From an uncultured Flavobacterium sp. (GTDB lineage: Bacteria > Bacteroidota > Bacteroidia > Flavobacteriales > Flavobacteriaceae), in assembly GCA_964414655.1 (NCBI GenBank), contig CAYPXI010000001.1, positions 2,984-66,983 on the forward strand: a stretch of DNA of 64,000 nt, read 5' to 3'. The notes under the pieces are model-generated. The model made no database searches. It was not told where the DNA came from and saw only the letters and a program-made list of their open reading frames with translations. A program made the position numbers and the translations under genes. Below, in pieces: positions 11,486 through 21,933 of this stretch (the first letter of the stretch is position 1; every line of letters begins with the position of its first letter).

Positions 11486-11549
11486 TCAAGAACCATAGTA
11501 ATGTTTATAACCTTTAATAAATCGGTTTTCTATTTTATAATGAATCATT

Positions 11550-11557
11550 TAAATTTG
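11550..11557 (+). promoter_or_regulatory. Bacteroidota-type -7 promoter box (TAnnTTTG) for carA
   Basis: TAAATTTG lies 30 nt upstream of the carA ATG; the same octamer occurs upstream of eno and gltA. Confidence 0.4.
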
Positions 11558-11586
11558 CACCACAACTAACTACACAACTCAACACA

Positions 11587-12708
11587 ATGAAGTACAACAC
11601 ACGTCCACAAGCTATTTTACTACTCGCAGACGGAACCATTTTCTATGGTAAATCCATCGGAATTTCAGGAACTACGTTCGGCGAAGTTTGCTTCAACACC
11701 GGAATGACAGGCTACCAAGAAATTTTTACCGATCCATCGTATTTCGGACAAATTATGGTCACCACTAATCCACACATTGGGAATTACGGAGTCAACGCCA
11801 ACGAAGTAGAATCCGACAAAATCATGATTGCTGGTTTGGTTTGTAAAAACTTTAGCTTCAATCATTCACGTCCCGATTCTGAAAGTAATTTATTCGATTA
11901 CTTTGAAAAACAAAATCTAGTTTGTATTTCTGATGTTGATACACGCGCATTGGTTAGTTACATCCGAGATCATGGCGCACAAAATGCTGTAATTTCAACC
12001 GACGGAACTTCAATCGAAGAATTGAAAAGCAAATTGGCCAATGTGCCTGATATGAAAGGTTTGGAACTAGCTTCTAAAGTATCGGCAACCGAACCCTATT
12101 TCTTTGGAAACGAAAATGCAACTTTCAAAATTGCAGCTCTAGATTTGGGTATCAAACGCAACATCTTACGTAATCTTGCCAAAAGGGATTGCTACATCAA
12201 AGTGTTTCCCTATGACACAAATTTTGCCGATTTAAAAACCTTTGAACCCGATGGTTATTTCTTATCCAATGGTCCAGGTGATCCAGAACCGTTAGAGCAA
12301 GTACAAGAAACGGCTCGCCAAATGATTGCTTCTGATAAACCTGTATTCGGAATTTGTCTCGGTCACCAAATCATCGGTTTGGCCAACGGAGTTTCTACGT
12401 ATAAAATGTTCAACGGTCACCGCGGTATCAATCATCCAGTAATGAATGTGTTGACAGGAAAAGGTGAAATCACTTCGCAAAACCACGGATTTGCAGTCAA
12501 CAGAGAAGAATTAGAAGCACACTCCGATTTAGAAATTACACATTATCACTTAAACGACAACACAGTTGCAGGAATGCGAATGAAATCGAAAAGTTGCTTT
12601 TCAGTACAATACCATCCTGAAGCTAGCCCAGGACCACACGATTCGTCGTATTTATTTGATGAGTTCATTGCCAATATCAAAAAAGCCAAAAGTTTACAAG
12701 AGGTTTAA
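11587..12708 (+). CDS. carA: Carbamoyl-phosphate synthase small (glutamine amidotransferase) subunit
   Basis: 373 aa; CPSase small-chain N-domain plus class I GATase (FGICLGHQ, QNHGFAV, QYHPEASPGPHD). Confidence 0.93.
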   Translation: MKYNTRPQAILLLADGTIFYGKSIGISGTTFGEVCFNTGMTGYQEIFTDPSYFGQIMVTTNPHIGNYGVNANEVESDKIMIAGLVCKNFSFNHSRPDSESNLFDYFEKQNLVCISDVDTRALVSYIRDHGAQNAVISTDGTSIEELKSKLANVPDMKGLELASKVSATEPYFFGNENATFKIAALDLGIKRNILRNLAKRDCYIKVFPYDTNFADLKTFEPDGYFLSNGPGDPEPLEQVQETARQMIASDKPVFGICLGHQIIGLANGVSTYKMFNGHRGINHPVMNVLTGKGEITSQNHGFAVNREELEAHSDLEITHYHLNDNTVAGMRMKSKSCFSVQYHPEASPGPHDSSYLFDEFIANIKKAKSLQEV

Positions 12709-12719
12709 GGTTGCTCTCT

Positions 12720-12814
12720 CTAGCCCTGATTGCTTCGCCAGTTCACTTCGCTCGTGTGGACGGAAAGCTTGTGTGCCCGAAACTTCGGGAACGCAACTTG
12801 GAGGGAAAGCAGGA
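12720..12814 (+). repeat. About 100-bp GC-rich structured intergenic element, copy 2
   Basis: Begins CTAGCCCTGATTG and ends GGAAAGCAGGA, the same termini as copy 1 in opposite orientation. Internal hairpin CCCGAA-AC-TTCGGG. Starts 12 nt after the carA stop. Confidence 0.5.
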
Positions 12815-12916
12815 AAATGGATTGCAAAAATGCTCAAGCCTTTTGCTTCAAAAAACACTAAATCGTTTGCGTTTATAAGTTTTTAGGATTTTTAAGGGTC
12901 TATTTTTAAGAATCCC

Positions 12917-12924
12917 TAAATTTG
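12917..12924 (+). promoter_or_regulatory. -7 promoter box (TAnnTTTG) for eno
   Basis: TAAATTTG lies 50 nt upstream of the eno ATG. Confidence 0.4.
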
Positions 12925-12955
12925 TAGTAATCAATTTAAAATTCAACATTTATAA

Positions 12956-14266
<1,311 letters not shown>

Positions 14267-14290
14267 AATATAAGACTTTCTTTTTTATTA

Positions 14291-14325
14291 ACCCTTTCAG
14301 AGTTTTAAACTCTGAAAGGGTTTTT
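14291..14325 (+). terminator. Rho-independent terminator after eno
   Basis: ACCCTTTCAGAGT-TTTAA-ACTCTGAAAGGGT followed by T5; near-identical arms recur at 46855. Confidence 0.85.
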
Positions 14326-14340
14326 CTTTAAAACTAATCA

Positions 14341-14406
14341 AATTCTAATTCAAAACCAGCGAATTCTAATTTTAAAAGCCTAGTTTGTAAGAAATTTATA
14401 TATTTA
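14341..14406 (+). promoter_or_regulatory. Candidate LytTR operator plus promoter of the stand-alone LRR gene
   Basis: AATTCTAAT at 14341-14349 and 14362-14370 (9-bp direct repeats with a 12-bp spacer, 21-bp phase). 28 nt downstream lies the -7-like TATATTTA (14399-14406); the ATG is at 14426. Confidence 0.55.
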
Positions 14407-14425
14407 CCATTTAAATTAATTTATT

Positions 14426-16786
14426 ATGAAAAAAATAGTATTCCTTTTGTTGTTTGTTTTTGGAGTAACAAATGCTCAAATTGTAAACATTCCGGATGCA
14501 AATTTTAAAGCGAAATTATTGTCGGCTACTGTTAATAATATTGTGGCTGGAGTTCAAAATTACTATTATTCTGAACCTTCTTGCACAGGAAACGATATAG
14601 GAACCCCAAGTGAACATGTTAAAATAGACACAAACAATGATGGTCAGATTCAATATTCAGAAGCCCAAGTAATTAAATCTCTTAATATTTCTGGTAGTAA
14701 TATAACAAATCTAACAGGAATAGAAGCTTTTACTAATTTACAAGTTTTAAGTTGTTCCCTTAACCAGTTAACTAGTTTGAATTTATCTCAAAATGTAAAT
14801 TTAAGAGTATTAGATTGTGGATTTAATCCAATAACAAATTTTGATGTGTCACAATATCCATCTTTATATTACCTTAATTGTTTTGGGTTACAAACTTCCA
14901 GTTTAGATATTTCCCAAAATTTAAACTTAAAGAGCTTAATATGTGGTAGTCAAATTTTGAGTAACTTAACTCTTTCTCAAAATTTAAAAGTGTTACAATG
15001 TTCTAATTCACCCTTACTAACATCGCTTAGTTTGTCTCAATGTACAAATTTAAAAAGAGTATACATTTCTTATGCCTCTTTAACAACTTTAAATGTTTCG
15101 CTAAATAGTAATTTGATTGATATAACAATATCAAATTTGCCAATATCAAATTTAGATGTTAGTCAAAATAGCTTGTTGTGTTATTTAGGTGTTCAGAACA
15201 CACAAATAGCAACGTTAGATCTTTCTAATAATACTAATTTAGGAAACATAAGTTGTAGTAATAATCAATTGTTGACTTATTTGAATATTAAAAACGGAAG
15301 TTCGCAATATGGATGGCCAGGATCATCAATTTATTCCAATCCAAATTTGCATTTTATTTGTGCAGATGACAATGAAGTTAGTTTTGCGCAAAGTTCTGTA
15401 GGTCCAAATGTTTTAGTAAGTTCCTATTGTTCATTTGTTCCAGGAGGAAATTACAATACAATATCGGGTTCAATATTATTTGATTCTGATTCTAATGGTT
15501 GTGACACATCAGATTTGGCATGGTCCAATATCAAAGTAACTATTAGTAACGGAACTAACCAAGGCTCAAGTTTTACAACCAATTCAGGAAATTATTCGTT
15601 TTTTACACAGTCAGGAAATTTTATTCTAACACCGAATATTGAGAATTCTACTTGGTTTAATTTTTCTCCCGTTACGGCTGAAGTTCCTTTCGCTAATAAT
15701 AACAATAATTCTTTTACTCAAAATTTTTGCCTTTCACCAAATGGTATTCATCAAGATGTTGAAGTAATCATTCTTGCTACTTCAATAATAAGAGCAGGAA
15801 ATAATTCTAATTATCGAATAGTATATAAGAACAAAGGAAATCAAACGCTTTCAGGTATTTTAGAGTTTAACTATAATGATGCTATATTTGATTATGTGTC
15901 TTCTACAGTTATTCCGAATAGTACTGCAACTGGAAGTTTAGGGTTTGATTATACTAATTTAATGCCTTTTGAAACTAGAAGTATAGATGTAACTTTAAAT
16001 TTAAACTCACCTACAGAAACACCTCCAGTAAATATCGGAGATATAATAAATTTGCTGGCTTCTATAACACCAGTTTCTGGTGATGAGATTCCTAATGATA
16101 ATTTATTTTCTTTCAATCAAAACGTTGTTGGCAGTTTAGATCCAAACGATAAAAATTGTTTAGAAGGAACCATTGTTGACTCATCCAAAATTGGTGATTA
16201 TTTGCATTACAATATCAACTTTGAAAATATTGGTAATGCAGCCGCAGAAAATATTGTTGTAAAAGATATGATTGATACCACAAAATTTGACATTACTTCT
16301 TTACAGATTATAAATTCATCACATTCAATGACAACTAGAATTACTGGTAATAAAGTCGAATTTGTATTTGATAACATCAACCTTGATCCAAGCCAACATG
16401 GAAACGTTGCATTCAAAATTAAAACAAAAACTACATTGGTTGAAGGAGATACTGTAACCAATAACGCAAATATTTATTTTGATTACAATTTTCCAATACA
16501 AACCAATATAGCTTCCACCACATTTCAAACGCTTACAAGTGGTCAATTTGAGATTGATAATTCAGTTGGAATTGCGCCTAATCCAACCAAAAACATTGTC
16601 AATATCAATTGTAATAACACTATCCAATCGGTCCAATTGTTTGATGTGCAAGGACGCATTTTGACTACGCAAATTGTAACTAATTCGCAATCAGTATTGG
16701 ATGTTTCTAATTACACTAATGGTATTTATTTTGTAAAAGTAACTACCGGAAAAGGAAGTAAAGTTGAGAAAATTATCAAGGAATAG
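14426..16786 (+). CDS. T9SS-sorted leucine-rich-repeat surface protein (LRR-1)
   Basis: 786 aa. Signal peptide (MKKIVFLLLFVFGVTNAQ), IPDANFKAKLL cap, EF-hand-like loop DTNNDGQIQYSE, about 22-aa LRRs (LxxLxCxxNxLTxLDLSxN), two DUF11-like beta-sandwich regions (YRIVYKNKGNQT; YLHYNINFENIGNAAAENIVVKD), and a C-terminal type A T9SS sorting domain (APNPTKNIVNI...GIYFVKV...KIIKE). Confidence 0.8.
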   Translation: MKKIVFLLLFVFGVTNAQIVNIPDANFKAKLLSATVNNIVAGVQNYYYSEPSCTGNDIGTPSEHVKIDTNNDGQIQYSEAQVIKSLNISGSNITNLTGIEAFTNLQVLSCSLNQLTSLNLSQNVNLRVLDCGFNPITNFDVSQYPSLYYLNCFGLQTSSLDISQNLNLKSLICGSQILSNLTLSQNLKVLQCSNSPLLTSLSLSQCTNLKRVYISYASLTTLNVSLNSNLIDITISNLPISNLDVSQNSLLCYLGVQNTQIATLDLSNNTNLGNISCSNNQLLTYLNIKNGSSQYGWPGSSIYSNPNLHFICADDNEVSFAQSSVGPNVLVSSYCSFVPGGNYNTISGSILFDSDSNGCDTSDLAWSNIKVTISNGTNQGSSFTTNSGNYSFFTQSGNFILTPNIENSTWFNFSPVTAEVPFANNNNNSFTQNFCLSPNGIHQDVEVIILATSIIRAGNNSNYRIVYKNKGNQTLSGILEFNYNDAIFDYVSSTVIPNSTATGSLGFDYTNLMPFETRSIDVTLNLNSPTETPPVNIGDIINLLASITPVSGDEIPNDNLFSFNQNVVGSLDPNDKNCLEGTIVDSSKIGDYLHYNINFENIGNAAAENIVVKDMIDTTKFDITSLQIINSSHSMTTRITGNKVEFVFDNINLDPSQHGNVAFKIKTKTTLVEGDTVTNNANIYFDYNFPIQTNIASTTFQTLTSGQFEIDNSVGIAPNPTKNIVNINCNNTIQSVQLFDVQGRILTTQIVTNSQSVLDVSNYTNGIYFVKVTTGKGSKVEKIIKE

Positions 16787-16805
16787 AGGTTGTTATTTCA
16801 ATTTA

Positions 16806-16839
16806 AAAACCTGATTAATTGTTTTAGTCAGGTTTTTTT
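16806..16839 (+). terminator. Rho-independent terminator after LRR-1
   Basis: AACCTGA / TCAGGTT stem followed by a T-run (runs into the stem's TT; 16833-16839). Confidence 0.8.
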
Positions 16840-16844
16840 ATGCG

Positions 16845-16910
16845 AATTCTAATTCAAAACCATTGAATTCTAAATCACTCTTTTTTCCGACAAATGAAAT
16901 AGTATCTTTG
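16845..16910 (+). promoter_or_regulatory. Candidate LytTR operator plus promoter of the HK1-RR1-LRR operon
   Basis: AATTCTAAT (16845-16853) and AATTCTAAA (16866-16874), 21-bp phase. 28 nt downstream lies a perfect TAnnTTTG box, TATCTTTG (16903-16910); the ATG is at 16928. Confidence 0.55.
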
Positions 16911-16927
16911 AGAAAGGTTTTTAGTTA

Positions 16928-18889
16928 ATGAAAAAACAACTCATTTTATTGTTTTTTTTTATTTCATCCTCTTTCATGTTGGCTCAAAATGAAAGAATGG
17001 ATAGTTTAAACATAGCTTTAAAAAGGGCAAAAAATGATATTGATAAAGTAGAAACACTCAATGCCATTGCTGATGAGTACAAAACTTCTGATCCTCAAAA
17101 AATGTTGCAGTTTGCACAACAAGCATTGCAACTAGCTATAAAAATTAAACACAAAGCGGCCGAAGGAAATGCTTATTTAAATATAGGAAATGCCAATATT
17201 ATTTCGGGAAATTATAGTATTGCATTGCAAAATTTCAATTCGGCTGCTTTTCTTTTTGAAAATCTAAGTAGCGCAAATCCAGAACAAGCCATTGCAATTA
17301 AAAAAGGTTTAGCCAAAGCCTACGGTAGTAAAGGAATCATTTTTTCTGAGCAAAGCAACTACACCAAAGCGTTGCATTTTTATTTGAAATCGGTAAAAAT
17401 CTACGAGGCACTCAATGACCAAGCTCGGTGCGCTACAATTTACAACAACATTGGAATTATTTTTAAATCGCAATCTTCCGATTTTAAAGCCTTAGAGTAT
17501 TTTGTTAAAGCACAAAAAATCAAAGAAAAATTAAATGATCCTACGATTAGCATTACCATTACTAACATAGCCAATTGTTACCTAAAACAAAAAAATTACG
17601 ACAAGGCTTTTGATTATTATATTCAAGCCAAAAAATGGTTTGATAAATTTCCTAATCCTCGTGGGTTAGGCGAGTGGTACAATAATTTTGGTTTGCTTTT
17701 TAAAGAAACAAATAATCACACCAAAGCCATAGAAAATTGGAATTTAGCTATTGCAACTTTTAAATCTATTGATGACAAATTTGGTGTGGCCGACACGTAT
17801 CTTCATTTAGGACAATTGTATTTAGAACAAAATCAGTCTGCAAAAGCAATTGAAATGGCCAAAACAGCCTTGCAGTTATCAACCGAGCTAGGTGTTTTGG
17901 AGCAGCAAATGTTGTCACAAAAATTGTTGAGTGATTGTTACTCCAAACAGAATAATGCTTCATTGGCCTTGTTGCATTACAAATTGTACAATACAGCAAA
18001 AGATAGTTTGGTTAATGAAGAAAATACCCGCAAAAGTGTTGAAGCAGAAATGAATTTTGAATTCGAAAAGCGCGAAGCCATTCATAAAAAAGAACTTGAA
18101 AACAAAGAACTTTTACTGAAAGAAGAATCCAAACGAAGCAAACTTCAGTTGTTTTTTGCGCTATTGTTTGGTGTGTTGTTATTTAGTGTAGGTTTTCTGA
18201 TTTACAGTCGAATTCAGTTGAAAAAAACACTCGTCTTGCAAAAAGAATTGGCCGAATACGAACAAAAAGCATTGCATTTGCAAATGAATCCACATTTTGT
18301 TTTCAATTGTTTGGGTTCAATTTCGAGCTTTATTGTCAATAATGGTAACGAATCGGCAATAAAATACTTGGCTAAGTTTTCAAAACTTATGCGACTGACT
18401 TTAGAATATTCGAAGGAATCCTTAATTCCAATAGACAAAGAAATTGAAGGGTTGCAAAATTACCTCGAACTTGAACAGTTGCGATTCAATAACAAATTTA
18501 GTTTTTCTATTAATAAAAGTAAAGCCATCGAAGACGATATGGCAATTCCACCCTTATTATTGCAACCTTTTGTAGAAAATGCCATCATACATGGAGTAAT
18601 TCCAAAGAAAGAATTGGGAACAATTGCTATTCATTTTTATATTGAAAAAGAACATTTAGTATGCACTGTTGAAGACAACGGAATTGGTTTTCAACAGTCG
18701 CAACTAAATAAAGAAAAAACAGTCGTAATTCATAAGTCAATGGCTCTGGATATTACAAAAAAACGCTTGCAAATGATAGAATCAACCACCAATCAAAAGG
18801 CTGATTTTACCATTGAAGAACTAGTACAAGAAAACCATATTAAAGGAACTAAGGTAGTATTGCATTTACCTATTCAATATTTAAACTAA
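16928..18889 (+). CDS. Exported-TPR sensor histidine kinase, LytS/His_kinase (PF06580-like) type (HK1)
   Basis: 653 aa. Signal-like N-terminus (LILLFFFISSSFMLAQ), about 380 aa of TPR-like repeats, a single TM (LQLFFALLFGVLLFSVGFLIY), LQMNPHFVFNCL motif, and an HATPase_c region (VEDNGIGF). Confidence 0.85.
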   Translation: MKKQLILLFFFISSSFMLAQNERMDSLNIALKRAKNDIDKVETLNAIADEYKTSDPQKMLQFAQQALQLAIKIKHKAAEGNAYLNIGNANIISGNYSIALQNFNSAAFLFENLSSANPEQAIAIKKGLAKAYGSKGIIFSEQSNYTKALHFYLKSVKIYEALNDQARCATIYNNIGIIFKSQSSDFKALEYFVKAQKIKEKLNDPTISITITNIANCYLKQKNYDKAFDYYIQAKKWFDKFPNPRGLGEWYNNFGLLFKETNNHTKAIENWNLAIATFKSIDDKFGVADTYLHLGQLYLEQNQSAKAIEMAKTALQLSTELGVLEQQMLSQKLLSDCYSKQNNASLALLHYKLYNTAKDSLVNEENTRKSVEAEMNFEFEKREAIHKKELENKELLLKEESKRSKLQLFFALLFGVLLFSVGFLIYSRIQLKKTLVLQKELAEYEQKALHLQMNPHFVFNCLGSISSFIVNNGNESAIKYLAKFSKLMRLTLEYSKESLIPIDKEIEGLQNYLELEQLRFNNKFSFSINKSKAIEDDMAIPPLLLQPFVENAIIHGVIPKKELGTIAIHFYIEKEHLVCTVEDNGIGFQQSQLNKEKTVVIHKSMALDITKKRLQMIESTTNQKADFTIEELVQENHIKGTKVVLHLPIQYLN

Positions 18890-18891
18890 TT

Positions 18892-19662
18892 ATGATCTCT
18901 GCAGTATTAATAGATGACGACGGCAACCTTCGCAATGGTATGAAAGGATTACTCAATTTGTACGCACCTCAAATTCAAATTTTGGGCGAGGCTGATAGTG
19001 TAGCAACTGGAATTACAGTCATTGACGAACTAAAACCAGAAGTTGTTTTTTTAGATATTCAGCTCAATGACGGTACTGGTTTTGACATTTTGGAGCAGTT
19101 GGCCTTAAAAAACGGAAAAATTACCTCGCATATAGTATTCATAACAGCTCACGAACAATACGCCATAAAAGCGTTCCGATTCAGTGCATTGGATTTTTTG
19201 CTAAAACCTGTTGACCCAGACGAGTTGAAAAAAGTAATCGGCAAAATCCATGAAGTTTTGGAAAAAAGCAACAACTACGCTCACATTGATTTACTGTTGG
19301 AAAACATCCGAAAGAAAGTCGACAAATTCCAACGGATTGCACTGTCCAATGCTGATGGAATTCATCTGTTTGAAGTAAGTGATATCATTCGGTGTGAAAG
19401 TGAAGACAATTATACCAAGTTTTACATCAAAAACAGTAAACCTATCCTGATTTCAAAAACCTTAAAAGAATACGAAGAATTGCTCACCGAGCACGGATTT
19501 GTCCGTATTCACCAATCGCATTTAATCAATTTGGCCTTTTTGAAATCATTTATTAAAAAAGACGGTGGTTATGTGATTATGGCTGATAATAGTAATTTGC
19601 CAATATCACAGCGCAAGAAAGACAGCCTACAAGAAATTTTAACCAAACAGTTGAACCATTAA
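18892..19662 (+). CDS. LytTR-family response regulator (RR1)
   Basis: 256 aa; receiver (VVFLDIQLNDGTGFD, FITAHEQYA) plus C-terminal LytTR domain (FVRIHQSHLINL); starts 2 nt after HK1. Confidence 0.9.
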   Translation: MISAVLIDDDGNLRNGMKGLLNLYAPQIQILGEADSVATGITVIDELKPEVVFLDIQLNDGTGFDILEQLALKNGKITSHIVFITAHEQYAIKAFRFSALDFLLKPVDPDELKKVIGKIHEVLEKSNNYAHIDLLLENIRKKVDKFQRIALSNADGIHLFEVSDIIRCESEDNYTKFYIKNSKPILISKTLKEYEELLTEHGFVRIHQSHLINLAFLKSFIKKDGGYVIMADNSNLPISQRKKDSLQEILTKQLNH

Positions 19663-19673
19663 TTCGAATCATT

Positions 19674-21929
19674 ATGAAAAAGTACATTTTATTACTAGTA
19701 ATGTTTGTATCGATGAATTCGTTTGCACAAATCGTAGACATTCCAGATGCGAATTTTAAAGCAAAGTTGTTGAGTGCTCAACCTTGGAATAATATTGCAA
19801 AAAATTTATCAGGTGTTTATTTTAAAATTGATTCTAATAACAATGGTCAAATTGAAATTAATGAGGCTCTTCAAGTAAGTTATTTAAGACTATATAATAA
19901 TTTTACACCTTCAATCACAAGTTTATCGGGAGTTGAAAGTTTTATTAATTTAATTCATTTAACTTGTTATAATGAACTTTTACAAACTTTGGACATTTCT
20001 AGTTTATCTTATCTTGAATATTTGAATTGTGGTTTTAATTCTATTAGCAATATTGACGTGTCAAATAATTTAAATTTAAAATATTTACAGTGCGATAGTA
20101 ATCCACCATTAAATAGTTTGAACTTAACTAATAATATAAACCTTGAAACATTATTTATTGAGCAAAATAATATACCTAATCTAAATCTTAATAGTAATGT
20201 TAATCTTAAATCGTTATATTGTTATAATATTAATGTTAATAGTTTGAATTTGAACAATAATATATTGTTGGAAAACTTATCCGTAGGAGCTGATAATTAC
20301 ACTACGCTAGATTTAAGTGAGAACATTAAACTTCATAATCTTAAAATTGTATATTCCCATGTGTCAAATTTAGACTTGAGTAATAATAATTTATTAACAA
20401 ATTTAGAATGTAATAATAATTATAATCTTAATACTTTAAATCTTAAAAATGGAAGTAACGAAAATTTAATTAATTTCACTAATAATTTTTTGAATAGAAT
20501 CTGTGTTGATGAATTACAAATAAATAATGTTTTATCACAAGTTAATTCAAATACTACAGTAAGTACTTATTGTTCGTTTACTCCAGGCGGAAACTACAAT
20601 ACCATCACAGGTTCAATGCTATTTGATGCAAATAATAACGGCTGTGATACCAACGACACACCACAAGCCAACATCAAAATCAACATTAACGATGGGATCA
20701 ATCAAGGAGCGACATTTACTAATAACACTGGAAATTATAATTTCTACACTCAAGCAGGAAGTTTTGATTTGACTCCAAATGTTGAAAACCCAACGTTTTT
20801 TAATTTTTCACCAACTTTAGCTACTATTCCTTTTGCAGATAATAACAATAACACTACAACTCAAAACTTTTGTATTTCTGCTAACGGAGTTCATCCTGAT
20901 GTTGAAGTAGTTATTGCACCCATAATACCAGCTCGACCAGGTTTTGATACGAAGTATCAAATTGTCTACAAAAACAAAGGTAATCTGACCGTTTCAGGTA
21001 ATATTACTTTTTTGTTTGATGATGAGGTTTTAGATTTTGTATTAGCCACCACTTCGCCCGACGCTCAAAGTCAAGGTCTGTTGAATTGGAATTACCAAAA
21101 CCTACAACCATTTGAGAACAGAAGTATTTATATAACTTTAAATGTCAATTCGCCTCAGGAAACTCCTGCAGTTAATATCAACGATCAATTACAATTTGGA
21201 GCAACAATAACCACCGATTTGGCCGACGAAAATAGTGAGGATAATATATTTGTATTCAATCAAACTGTAGTAGGTTCCTACGATCCTAACTATATTACTT
21301 GTATTGAAGGCGAAGTAGTTCCGCCGAGTGAAATTGGCGAGTATTTGCATTACATCATCAATTTTGAAAATACAGGCACAGCCGAAGCTGAAAATATCGT
21401 TGTAAAAGTTGAGGTTGATCCAACAAAATTTGATATTAATTCATTGCAAATGCTCAACACTTCCCACAATTCGTACATTCGTCAAGCGGGCAATAAAGTT
21501 GAATTTATCTTCCAAGAAATTTGGCTTGACACAGGCGGACACGGTAATGTATTGCTCAAAATTAAATCAAAAAATAATCTTTTAGAAGGCGACACTGTAG
21601 CCAAACAAGCCAATATTTACTTCGATTACAATTTCCCTATCGAAACCAATATTGCCAACACTACGTTTGAAGTTTTGAGCAATGGTAATTTTGCAATCGA
21701 TGAATCGATAACTGTTTTCCCTAATCCTACAAATTCAATTGTCAATATCAATTGCAATAACAATATCAAATCGGTCGAGATATACGATGTACAAGGGCGA
21801 TTGTTGCAAACTCAAATTGTAGATAACACTAGTGCAAGTTTGGATATTTCAAACCAAACAAACGGAATTTATTTCGCCAAAATCACTTCCGAAAATGGAG
21901 TAAAAGTCGAAAAAATCAGTAAAGAATAA
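19674..21929 (+). CDS. T9SS-sorted LRR surface protein (LRR-2)
   Basis: 751 aa with the same architecture as LRR-1 (IPDANFKAKLL, DSNNNGQIEINE, LRRs, DUF11-like domains, T9SS CTD); starts 11 nt after RR1. Confidence 0.8.
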   Translation: MKKYILLLVMFVSMNSFAQIVDIPDANFKAKLLSAQPWNNIAKNLSGVYFKIDSNNNGQIEINEALQVSYLRLYNNFTPSITSLSGVESFINLIHLTCYNELLQTLDISSLSYLEYLNCGFNSISNIDVSNNLNLKYLQCDSNPPLNSLNLTNNINLETLFIEQNNIPNLNLNSNVNLKSLYCYNINVNSLNLNNNILLENLSVGADNYTTLDLSENIKLHNLKIVYSHVSNLDLSNNNLLTNLECNNNYNLNTLNLKNGSNENLINFTNNFLNRICVDELQINNVLSQVNSNTTVSTYCSFTPGGNYNTITGSMLFDANNNGCDTNDTPQANIKININDGINQGATFTNNTGNYNFYTQAGSFDLTPNVENPTFFNFSPTLATIPFADNNNNTTTQNFCISANGVHPDVEVVIAPIIPARPGFDTKYQIVYKNKGNLTVSGNITFLFDDEVLDFVLATTSPDAQSQGLLNWNYQNLQPFENRSIYITLNVNSPQETPAVNINDQLQFGATITTDLADENSEDNIFVFNQTVVGSYDPNYITCIEGEVVPPSEIGEYLHYIINFENTGTAEAENIVVKVEVDPTKFDINSLQMLNTSHNSYIRQAGNKVEFIFQEIWLDTGGHGNVLLKIKSKNNLLEGDTVAKQANIYFDYNFPIETNIANTTFEVLSNGNFAIDESITVFPNPTNSIVNINCNNNIKSVEIYDVQGRLLQTQIVDNTSASLDISNQTNGIYFAKITSENGVKVEKISKE
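21141..21929 (+). repeat. 789-bp near-identical segment shared with 24097-24885 (3' ends of LRR-2 and LRR-3)
   Basis: Constant offset of 2956 bp through both stop codons. The last ~440 bp differ at only a handful of positions by eye. One divergent patch lies around 21418-21495. Confidence 0.9.
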
Positions 21930-21933
21930 TTGT

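Noticed and set aside
10944-12886. ORFs 10944-11315(-), 11135-11425(+), 11263-11475(-) and 12656-12886(+)
   Set aside because: They read through the low-complexity rplQ tail, terminators and the GC-rich intergenic elements. They have no start context and no recognisable protein features.
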